The position numbers and the translations under genes were made by a program. From NCBI RefSeq assembly GCF_018977255.1, contig NW_024704742.1, positions 79,672,001 to 79,736,000 of the forward strand: a stretch of 64,000 nucleotides of DNA, given 5' to 3'. Under the pieces are notes generated by a model. The model searched no databases. It was given only the letters and a program-made list of their open reading frames with translations, and was not told where the DNA came from. Position 1 is the stretch's first letter. Each line of letters opens with the position of its first letter. Shown here in pieces: positions 40,001 through 52,000 of this stretch. The stretch is from Callorhinchus milii. Lineage: Eukaryota.

Positions 40001-43000
40001 TGAAGCAATCATCTACAGCAGCAACTTTCACTTACATAGCACCCTTCACGCAGAGTGGTGTCTCAGAGCACTTAACAGTGGTGGAGCCTGACTCCGAGCT
40101 TGGGGGAGGAGGGGGGGAGGTGGCCGTCAGCACGGTTGAAGAGGAACGTTTTCAGGCGGGACTTGAAAAAAGGGCGAAAGGAGGCAAGGCGGAGTATTGA
40201 GGGAGAGTTTTCCAAAGTTTTGGGGCGTAGTGGCTGAAAGCGCAACCTCCAATGGTGGGGCGGAGGGTGCGAGGGGCAAGTAGGAGGCTGGTTCCAGTTG
40301 AGCGGAGGCACCGGGTGGTGGATTGGGAAATGAGGATGTCAGGGAGATAGGGAGGTGCCAGGGAGTGAAGGGATTTGAACATGAGTGTGAGGATCTTGAA
40401 GTCGATCCATTCAGTGATGAGGAGCCTGTGGAGTCTGGCCAGAAATGGTGAGATGTGGGTACAGAGCCCTGTAGCTCAGTGGTTAGAGCACTCGCTTTGC
40501 AAGCGAGAGACCTGAGTTCAATTCCAGGCAGGGCGAAACTTTGGGCAAGTTTCCTTACTCCACATGCCTAATAATAATCCCTCCAAAACCCAAAACAATA
40601 ATAAATTGGTCATTTTCAATCTACGACTGTTTGTGGGACATTGCTGTGCGCAATTGGCTGCCGCGTTCGCCCACAAATATACAGTCAAATTCACTTTACA
40701 GTGTGTTCTGTGAAGCGCTTTGGGACGTCCTCCCGACGTGAAAAGCGCTATATCAAATGCAACGATTATTATTATTATTATTATTATTAGAGTTTGGTTC
40801 ATGTCAGGATACGGGCAGCAGAGTTCTGAATGAGCTGGATCTTTTGAATCGTGGAGCTGGGGAGACTGGCGAGGAGTGCATTTGAATAATCCAGGTGGGA
40901 GATGACAAACGTATGCACAAAGATTTCGGTTGCATTTGGGGTAAGGTACGATTAGAAGCGGGCAATGTGGCAGAGGTGGAAGAAGGTGGTCCTGGTCAGG
41001 GACCAGATGTAGGGAAGGAAGGACAGCTGGGGATCGAATGGGACGTCTAGATTGCGCACTGATTCGGTGAGTCTGAGGGAGAGCCCAGGAAGGTTGAGGA
41101 GTTTAGATCCGTAAGAGTGAAGATGTTGATGGAAGCCAAGGAGTATGACTTCCGTCTTGTCAACATTAAGCTGCAGGAAGTTTGCACTCATCCAGGCCCT
41201 GATGTCTGCCAGACAAACTGATAGAATATGGGCGGACCTGGAGTTGGTACTGGAGGATGCAAAATAGATTTATGTGTCATCTGCATACATGTAGAAGTTT
41301 ACCTAGTGCCTGCGGATGACATCGTCAAGAGGAAGCATATAGATAAGGAAAAGAAGGGGGCCAAGCTGGAGCCCTGGGGTTCCTCGCAGGTGACCTGGCG
41401 GTGGCGGGAGGAGAAACCATTTATCGAGGTGAAATGCCTTAACCGAGACAGTCGGTTAGGTAAGACTCAAACCATGGTGGATGAGGGAGGAGAGGTGATG
41501 GAGGATGATGTTGTGGTCAACTATGTCAAACGCGGCAGAGAGATCCAAGAGGACGAGGAAGCAGTGGGAGCTTTGGTGACAGAGAGAAAGGACATAATTT
41601 GTGACTTTGACAAGTGCTGTCTCTATAATAATAATAATCCTTGCATTTGATATAGCATTTTTCATGTCTTCTAGACTTCTCAAAGCTCTTCACAGAATAT
41701 GATATAAAGTGAATTGACTGTATATTTGTGGGCGAAACGCGGCAGCCAATTGCGCACAGCAGTGTCCCACAAACAAACTGTTGTGGATTGAAAATGACCA
41801 ATTTATTATTGTTTTGTTTTGGAGGGATTATTATTATAATTTATGCTGTGGACAGAGCGAAAACCAGACTGCAGGGGCTTGCAGAGTGAGTGGAGCCCCC
41901 GGGTAATGGAGTAGAGAGTAAGCATACGACCAAAAAATAACCATTAGAAAAATCGTGGAAGATATTTGTCCTCAAAAAAGCAGCTTAATAATATGTTTTG
42001 ATCATCTCCTATAAATTTTCAGTGAGGGTTTGTGTTAAGGAGGGACCCAAAAGTGCAAGCTTCCATGCAATATTTGTGAACCAATCTTTCCCCATTGTTC
42101 ATAAACATGGGATATGGCTCACCCATTCACTTTCAAAAGACACAACTTGTATTAACAAAAATGTCACGTTTACTGATGTTGTCATGATGAATAGAATACT
42201 GAGCTTCTCTGAGGATTTTACATTCCTTAAATAACGACAGCTCCCTTTAAGTAATGCTGCGTCAAGAAAAAAATAACTAGCCCACATCTTTGGAAGTGTC
42301 AAATTCCTCAGTTCATAAATATATCATAAGCAGAATCTAGCGTTGAGCTCTGCCAACAATGTATTTTTTTGAGGTTATGCAGACTCCTATGAAGACATGG
42401 ACCATCAAATGTGAGATGGAGATAAAAGGCCTAAAATTGCATTTAGATTTAGCCTATGAGACTATTTAGCCTGAACATTTCATTTTACACAGAACTGTGG
42501 ATCCAGCCTTAATTTGGTTTTCTGAAGTTCTTGAAATGAGCCACTTTCTATTTGTAACAGAGAATTTAAGAATTTTCCACAATTCTGGGTGATTTTAAAT
42601 GTTAAGCAAAAATAGTCTCACAGACTGAGATAAATTTCATGCCTAAAGTGCTCACTGCCCACATCACTCTTGGCTTGCTTTCAGAAGATGTATGAGAACA
42701 TCCCAGTAGAGGCTCCTTACTGATTGCTTTGGTAGCCCCAAAACTGAACCCCATCCTCTGCGTAGCACAGTCCGGTGCTTTCAGTGAGATTGAGAATCCA
42801 ACAGAACAGGGAATTAATAATAATTCTTCCATTTGATGTAGTGCTTTTACCAAGGAATCAAAATGTCTCAAAGCACTTCTCAGGATTTGCTGTAAAGTGT
42901 AGTTACTTTGGCAGCCAATTTGTGCACAGGAATGAACAATAATAACAACAAATTACATTGTTTAGTGCTTTCATATCTGGAGGACATCCTAAGGTGCTAG

Positions 43001-46000
43001 ACAGTCATGCATTTGGACCCGAGCAGGGGGTTGGGATAGGAGGGGTGTAGGGTAGGGATAGGAGGTGGCCGAAGGCACAGTCAAAGAGGAGGGGCTTGAG
43101 ATGTGCCTTGAAGGAGACAAGGGAGGCAGCAAGGAAATGGACTGTGGGATGAGTTTCAGAGGGTGGGGGCAGAGAGGCTAAAGGCCCAACTACCAATGGT
43201 GGAGCAGGCCGAGTGGGGGACGGGAGGCATGTTGGAGCCTACTGAGCACAGGGAGTCGACAGGTTGATATACAATAGTAGGTCACAGAGGGAGGAAGGAG
43301 CAAGGCTGTGGAGGGCTTTGAAGGAAAGGATGAAGATTTTGAATTCTATCCTCAGGGGATGGGGACCCAATGGGACCGGGAGAGAGTGGGGGTGATAGGG
43401 TCACAGAGTCTTGTGCAGGGAGGACATGAACTGCAGAGTTCTGGATGATCTGAAGCTTGTGGAGGGAAGCGTCAGGAAGTCTGACAAACAGGGAGTTGAC
43501 GTAATTGAACCTAGATGTAATAAATGTGCAGATGAGGTTTTGGGCAGCTTGAGGGGAGAGGCAGTGGTGAAGCCAGGCAATGTTACAGAGGTGGGGGAAG
43601 GCAGAGGGGGTCATGGCACATGGGGGAGAAAGGACAGTTGAGAGTCGAACGAGATGCCAACGTTTCGAATTGGCTCAGTGACGTGGAGTGTGCATCCATG
43701 CATGGTGATATTGTCAATTCCTGAGGCATGGAGGCACTGGCAGGTGTCAATCAGGAGGACTTCTATCTTGTTGATGTTCACCTGGAGATAGTTAGCTCTG
43801 ATGTCTGACAGACATTCTGTCAGAACAACAGTGGTTTTGTAGTCAAGGGTGGAGGCAGAGTTGGGTGTCATCCACATACATGTGGAAGTTGACCCATGTC
43901 TCTGGATGATGTCACCAAGAGGGAGCATGTACATGTTGAAGAGCAAAGCTTTAGGGTTAGGACACAGTCCTAAGGAACACCACACAAGACAGTGCGTGGG
44001 CTGGAGGAGAAGCCGTTTGTGAAGACAAATTTTAAGATGGTGTGAAAGATAGGATCTGAACCAGCCAAGGACAGTACCATGAAGTTTGAAGTGAGAGGAG
44101 AGGCAGTGGAGAAGGATAGAGTGATCAATGACCAAAAGTGAATGACCAATTTTATCTGGGGGATAATTTGCCACAACACAATACTCCCTTCTTTTCTCAA
44201 GTGCCATGGGATCTTAAAAAAAATCACCTGAACAACAGGAGATGCTTTAATATTTCATCTGAAGGATAGCCCCTTTGACAGTATATTGCTCTCCCTGGAC
44301 TGGAATGCAAGTCTAGACTATGAGCTCAAATACCTAACATGGGGCTTGAACCCACATTCTTCTGACTCAGAGGTAGGAGTGCTACCAACTGATCAAGGCT
44401 GACACCAGATATAGCAGGAGCATCTTTATCAATTAATATTACTTTATTATCTCTGACCTCCAAAAGCCAGTCCATATCCCTATTTAATTGTCTCTTAGAA
44501 GACCATAGGAACATCCCTGTGGAAAGCAAATCATTCTATCAGTGGTATTCAGCAGTTTCATAGGTGATCCACATTGCCTGTAATGAGTCCTTTAAGTGCC
44601 TAAGAACTGAAGTCATTAATCTACCTTTGCCATATGCGATCAATAAGTACAAGCAAATATTGACCTAGTGAGCTCTTATGGCTGAGATTATCATAGTAGC
44701 AGGAGATTGCACAAATTCTATTAAGATAGTCATTATAGCTCTTCTTACCATACCACTTTGTAATAAATTGAAACCATTGAATGATATGATATTTAATATA
44801 TTTGTTGGCAAAACTACAGTAATTATCATAGGCAGAGGAACCACATTAGATTCCTATCACTGTAGTATTGGTTTGAGCAACAGAGGAGACCCACTCCCTG
44901 TGCCTTCAATTTTATATATCATATGACCTTTCAAGATTTCATCCAGACAAGACCTCAGCCGCAAGACAAAGTCTGTCCTACTTTTCCATGAAGAAACTAA
45001 TGTTCACTTCAGAGACCCATTTTGTCAGTGGCCTCCAGTAGTGGTGCAGTTGGAGCTCTTTTTCGACCCCAAATTGCTTAAACTATGCTTTCATTTAATA
45101 TAGCCTAGCTCAGTTGATAGCAGTCTCACCTTTCAGTCAAATGTGTGTCGGTTCAAGTCTCACTTCAGGACTTGGAGCTCACAGTGCTTTGGATGTCCTT
45201 TGAATGAGACATTAAACCAAGGTGCCATTTTTCAGTTCAGGTAGACATTAAAGATCCCATCGGTACTTCTCAGATGTCAAATGACCTGAGCTTGTCGGAT
45301 AAAAACTGATCAACTGGTAATTAGCCTCGTGGGGTGGGGGAGAGCTAAGTTTCCTTGTAGCTGATCTGGCTCCAAGGTGACCTGCTTGGCAACAGAATGT
45401 CAGAATAAAGCCAGCCCTCTGTAGCTCTTTCCTGAGCCAGGCATCCACCTGAAGAAGCAGAAAGACCCTCAATTTAACAGCTTATCCGACAGTGTAGTGT
45501 TCCTAGTATCCCAATGGTCACTTGTGTCTTGCCAACCTGAAGCTAATATTCTCCAGATTTAGGTAAACAGGGTGCTTCCTTCCAAGTACTGAAGGTGCAT
45601 TCCATTCTAGGCAAAGACATTTTCCAGTGTAGGTGGCAAACATTAAAGTCTCAGTCTGGTTTCATTGCACTTTAGCATGGTGAAGGGTTTCCGCATGTGT
45701 CAGACAGCTGGCTGACCATAACAAAATCCCACTATTCATAAAGAGAGGCTTTTCCAGTGTCATGGACAATGAGTTAAATTGGTTATTCATTTCATGGCTG
45801 TTTGTGGGATCTTGCTGCTTTGCTAATAAAATAATTCACTATCATTGTCAGAAAGTACTGTAAATCACTATTGTTTCAGCTTGTTAGGCTGCTTTAAGAT
45901 GTAAATTCTTTCTTTCTTCAACAAGATGGAGATGAAAGTGAATGAATTTCCTGGACATTTGTACGATAACTTTGGAGAGCACTTCTTGCAGTACTTGCTG

Positions 46001-49000
46001 TCAGGTTAGAATAAAGTCCCGGCAAACTGTTAGCAGACTTTGGAAAGTGCTGGTTTCAATGAATAATGTAGTTTTCCAATGGGAGAATAAAAGTCTTCTT
46101 TGTCTGCAATTATTTTTACAACACAAGAGCTCCTAATAGATCTTCGGAATGGAAAAATTGTAGTATGGTGTGATACTTTTGAGCAATGAAATAGCTGATT
46201 GAACAGCAGTAGAGGTTTTAGAGGTAGGGGACATTTCCATCAGTCTGTGCTTGGAAGGGAAATCAATCCAGTGCCTGTCACTATCCAGTGACCTCTACTA
46301 TGTACATGTGAAAGAGTATTTCAGTGCCTTGGGATGTCCTCCCAACATGAAATGTGATATATAATGTAAACTTGTATTGCATGTTATCCAATGAATAACG
46401 GAAATAATGAAGTTGGGAGCGGAGTCAGGAGAGCGCGGGGCGGAGCCGAGGCCTAGCTGCGGGTATAAAGCCCAGTCAGGTGAGGAGCCACTCAGTCGGG
46501 AGCGGAGTCAGGAGAGCGCTAGAGGGGTAAGTGATGGGGCAGCGCGATTCACAAAGTGACGTCGGCGTAACGTCACGATTTAAAAAAACAGCGACAACAA
46601 CAATAACAATGTCCTCGCAGCCCCTGCCACTGCCATCCCAGCCATGACCACACAGCCTGCGGGCTGATGCCGTCCCTCTGATCGCTCGCTCCCGGTCTCT
46701 GCGTGCGCTCTGACCCGAGCCTCCCCTACACTCTAAATTTCTCTCCTCCCACACCCTCTATCCGCTACTCACCCTCTGTCCTTCTCTCCCACCGCCTTCC
46801 CCGCCTTCTCTCTCTCTCCTCGACCCCATCACCACTTCCCTCTGCTCCAGCCTGGGCATCTCCGCCGGGCCCATCGTGGCTCCCGGCACTGGCTGTCCCA
46901 GAGCAGCAACCCCAAGTGTCCAATGATTCACTCCCTCCGCTCAAACCGCCTCCTTAGGGCAAATGCAACTTCCCCTTCCCTCATACATACCCTCCCCAAC
47001 TCTCCACTCACATCACTCTCCACAACCATCTCTCCTATACACCCCAAAATCCTCTCCGCATCACTTTCTCCTCCCTCTCCTTCCTCCCCTCCCTCCAGCA
47101 AACCCACCCGCATTTCCCTCCAAAATGTCCGTTCCCTCTCAAATAAAGCCCTCACCATCCATGACCTCATCCTGGACAAGCACCTTGACATTCTTGGGCT
47201 CACAGAAACCTGGCTGTCCCCCAATGACCCCATCCCCCTAGTGGAAGCCTCCCCTCCAGGATACACTTTCCACCACACTCCCCCGTCCAAACCAACGTGG
47301 CAGTGGGGTGGCCTTCATTTTCAAAGCCTCCCTTGGTCTCACCCCCTACTCCTCTGGTTGCTTCCCCTCCTTCAAACACTTCACCCTCTTCCATCCCTCT
47401 CTCCCTATGAAAATTCTCCTTGTCTACTGACCCCATAAGCCCCTCGGCTCCTTCCACACAGACATCTCTACTCTCTTTCCTGTCCCGAGCACCTGCTCAT
47501 AAAGGCACCTACCCACAACCGTGGTCATGCCCTTGACCTCGTTATCACCCACAGCTATGACATTTCCGACTTCAGCATAGTGGACAAGGCCATCTCAGAC
47601 TACTTGCTCATTTCCTTCTCCTCTCACATCCCTCTCTCTTCCACCAAGTCCTCAACTATCCTCAACTGCCCTTGAAAAAGGCAACTCCATGAGACCCTCA
47701 CAAAGGCCCTCACATTATCAAACATCCTATCCCTCTGGCCTTCCACCTTCGGAGATCCTGAAGCAGCCGTCCAGATGCTCCATGATTGCCTCTCCTCCAC
47801 CTTCAACTCCCACGTCCCCTAAAATCCAGGACCATCTCCAAACCCACCCGATCCCCCTGGTACAACAACCATCTCCATCACCAAAAAACCCAAATCCAGC
47901 TACTTGAGCGCAGTTGGCGGAAAACTGGCCTGACAGTCCACCGCCAACTGTGGCTCGAGCATCTCCACAGTTACCGTCGATCTTTGACATGCGCAAAGAC
48001 GGCCTTCTACTCCAACATCATTTTTGGAGGCTAAACACACTAAAATCCTTTTTTCCCACCATCCACTACCTCCTCCATGCCTCACCTCAGGCCTCCTCAA
48101 TCTTCATATCAAATGCCAAGTGCGAGGAGGTCATGGACTTCTTCTCTTCTGAAATACTTAACATCCGCCAGGCAGCCTCATCCACCTGCCCCTTGTCACC
48201 CACCACCATGCCCTCTCTGTCCCCTTAACCCTCCCCATCATCTGCTCCTACCACGACCCCCATCCTACATTCCTTCCTCCCCATCTCTCCCTCCTCCCTC
48301 TCACCTACCATCACATCTATGAAACCCACCACCTGCTGCCTCGGCCCCCTCCCCACCAACTTACTGGTCACCCAGCTCCCCCTCCTCTGCCCACTACTGG
48401 CTGACATCATCAACCAGTATCTCTCCTCTGGATCAGTCCCTGCCTCCCTCAAAACTGCTGTCATCACCCCCCTCCTCAAAAAATCTTCCCTCGATCCCTC
48501 AAACCCCAGCCATTACCACCCTATTTCTAACCTGCCCTTCCTCGCTAAAGTCCTAGAATGCGTTGCTGCCAATCAACTTCGCCCACACCTCTCCTCCCAC
48601 TCCTTCTTCGAACCCCTCCAGTCCGGTTTCCGCCCTGCCCACAGTACAGAGACTGCGCTTGTGAAAGTCACAAACGACATCCTCTCTATCTGTGACCAGG
48701 GCTCCCTTTGCCTCCTTGTCCACCTGGACCTCTCTGCCGCGTTCGACACAGTCGATCACATCATCCTCCTCCACCGTCTTTCATCCGCATCCACCTCAGT
48801 GGGACCGCACTCGACTGGTTCGAGTCCTACCTCACAAATCGCCAGCAGTACATCTGCACAAACGGCTTCTCCTCCCACTCGGTTACCTGCTGGGCACCCC
48901 AAGGATCCATCCTTGGCCCCCTCCTCTTTATGATCTACATGCTCCCTCTCAGGGATGTCATCCACAGACATAGGGTACATTTCCACATGTATGCGGACGA

Positions 49001-52000
49001 CAACCAACTCTATTTTTCCACCTCTCTTTGTGACCCCCAGTCCCCTGATGTTCTGTCAGCCTGCCTGTCAGATCTTAGGGGCTGGATGTGCGCAAATTTC
49101 CTTCAGCTGAATATTGACAAGACGGAAGCCATACTCTTTGGCTCTCATCAACGTCTAAAATCTCACAGCTCTCACCTCCTCCACCTACCTAACCTCCCCT
49201 TAAAACTCTCCGAACCCATACGCAACCTTGACGTCAGGTTCGACCTCCAATTATCCTTCCTCCCGCACATCCAGTCCCTCACCAGCAACGCTTTCTTTCA
49301 CCTCCGACACATCGTCCGTCTCCGCCAATACCTCACTCCGAAAGGCGCTGAATCCCTGGTCCATGCCTTTGTCACCTCTCGACTGGACTATTCAAATGTC
49401 CTCCTCGCCGGTCTCCCCTCCACTATCATCCACAAAATCCAGATTATTTAAAACTCTGCCGTCCGCATTCTCACCCGTATCAAACTCCGCTCCCCGATTA
49501 CCCCAGTTCTTGCCAGACTGCACTGCACTTCAAGATCCTCACCATTGTCTTCAAATCCCTCTACTCCTCTGCACCCCCCTAACTCTCTGACTTCCTCTCT
49601 CCTCAAAACAGTGCCCATTGCCTTCGTTCCTCCGGGTCTGGCCTCCTCCTTGACTCCGAGTCCTCCGTTCCACCCGCAGCAGCCGTGCCTTCAGCCACTA
49701 TGCCCCGAGGCTCTGGAACTCCCTTTCTCACTCCGTTTGCCTCGCTCCCTCTCTACCTATTTTCAGGTCTCTGCTGAAGGCCTTTCTTTTCGACTGCACC
49801 TTTGGTCACTTCCTCCCCCTCCCCCTCCCCCTGGCTCGGCCCCGGGATCCATTACTGTGAAGCACTCTGAGACGCCGTCCGGCGTGGAGGGCACTATATA
49901 AATCCAAGTTGTTGTTGTTCTATTTGCACTGGTGAGCAGGCATGTGTTGAGGAAACAAAGTTAACAAGGTTAGATCCAGCTTTGAAACTTTAATCATATA
50001 TTTCCATTAATTGTGTGGCCATTATCTAATGCATAGTCTCCAATTCATAAAGTAACATACCTGGTGAGGACTGTAGGTGAAAACAAGTTAGTGGTGAACT
50101 AATAGCTCCTGGTTCAGTTATGAGTAGCATGTGGTTCTAAAATTCTCTGTTTATATAATTGCAGCTAAATGCTTAGCACTTGGATTCAAAATATCTTGCA
50201 TCTGCTTTCACTTTTCAATTTTGTCTTCTTTCTCATACACTGCTTATCAATTTTAATTCTGCTTTTGTCCCTCTCCCTTTGGAACTCCCTGCCTCTATCC
50301 CCCCATCTCTCTCCCCTCTCCCTCTTTCCCTCTCTGTATGTCTGTCTATTTATCTTTAAATGTCATCTTATGGCCTACCTCTTCAAACATGCCTGTAGTC
50401 ATCTCCTCCTTCCCCTTGCTTAGTGCACCAAGGATTAAAATATGCTTTGAAGAATAATTTTAACTGCATACACGCAAATCATAGTTATTTTAGTGATGTC
50501 GCCATGAAACTTCAATTCCCATTCTACTACCTGTTCTCAATTATCATGTCATCTCTGTGAACTATAAAATATTTAAATCCGCACTTGCAATCTAGCACCA
50601 TATCAATTTAGTTTAAAAACGTTAACTCAATGAACTTACTGCTGATTTTGTATCATACATAGTTCTCTGAATATCGAGAAACTGCCCACCAATGGCTTGA
50701 AGGGGGAAAGCTCCTTTCAGCCTCTGTTGAATGGGTACTGCTCATGTGTTGTTCCAACATATGTAAGATGTATGATGCCTTAACCCCATTCAGTAAAATC
50801 ACATTTGAAAGTACCTGCTTCCAAGTCTCTGAAAACAGAGCTTCCACTTTCTGCTTTGTTAAGGAAAGTGTCAAATCCAATCCATCAGTAGACATAAGCT
50901 CAGGCGTATTGTCTATGCTCATTACGTTTGAAAGAGCGCTCTCCTTTATAGCCATAGAGAGAACTTCATGGCAACTAAAACAGAGAATAAGTGTACTTAA
51001 ATAATGGTCATGTAACATAAATTAATATAAAGGGCAAACAATAAAGAAAATAAACTTCACACTTGAATAGCAGGTTTTTACAACCTATATGTTTCCTTCA
51101 GTGCCTTCAAATAGCATTAATACACTTGGGGTCACCAGCATTGTGGAGAATAGTTTTATTCTATATTGTTACCAGGAGAGGATGTGCACTGTCACAACAT
51201 TTTAACTGTGATATAAAAACCAATACCATATCCAACAGCCCTCTGAAAAATACTATTCATCTTCCAGTGGTTTAGTTTCCTTCAATAATACTGTCTTTCA
51301 TTGATTATGAATGTCAAAGTTGTCAAGTTTCTCTCTGCGGTGCAAGAAATCTGCATACCTGGATAATTGTTCATTTACAATGTTAGTTGAAACCTCCAGA
51401 CTCTGGTTTGCTGCAGACACCAGTTTTACAGCATCTCTGGCCACAGTGACATTATGCTGCAGCCCCTGTTCAAGTGTATGAACGGTCTGGAGTAGCATTC
51501 GGCTCCCATACTGCAGATCACGTACCTGTAAGATATACAAGATGGAGAGCTGATTGATATACCTCAGTGACTCAAAGCAACAGATGCCAATTTGTACAAT
51601 TACAGAATTACATCTGCAGATGGCAAGACAAAGTTGCAAATGCCTTTTGTTTCTGTATTTTATTAAACCAGTTATATTTTAGGTGTCAGTCTGGCTCAGT
51701 TGGTAGCACTTTCACCTCTGAGTCAGATGGTTATGGGTTCAAGACCCACGATGGGACTTTGAACTCTGTGCTGACACTCCAATGAAGTGGTGAAACTGTG
51801 TTGCATTGTTGGAGATGACATCCTTTGAATGAAACATTAGACCAGGACACTTATGTACTTTCCTGTGGATGTTAAAGATGCCATGGCATTGTTCAAAAAA
51901 AAAGGGAGTTTCTGCTAGTGTCATAGCCAAGAATTTCCAAAATTGGCCATTCACTTCATGGAGGGTTTTGTCAGCACTTTTTATATATGCAGTCAAACAT

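Noticed and set aside
40464..40535. tRNA-Ala(TGC) gene
   Set aside because: The cloverleaf-like head has an irregular T arm and continues into a SINE body and (ATT)n tail found in many copies, so it is a SINE head.
42122..42258. Exon-like segment with a good acceptor and a gtgagc donor
   Set aside because: Open only in phase 1 to 0, hydrophobic and not coil-like; it does not fit the flanking phase-0 junctions by itself.
44459..50070. 10-nt micro-exon (about 50061-50070) plus an exon at about 44459-44517 ([19 protein letters not shown]) as a phase-compatible pair
   Set aside because: Frame-compatible but cannot be separated from chance without transcript data.
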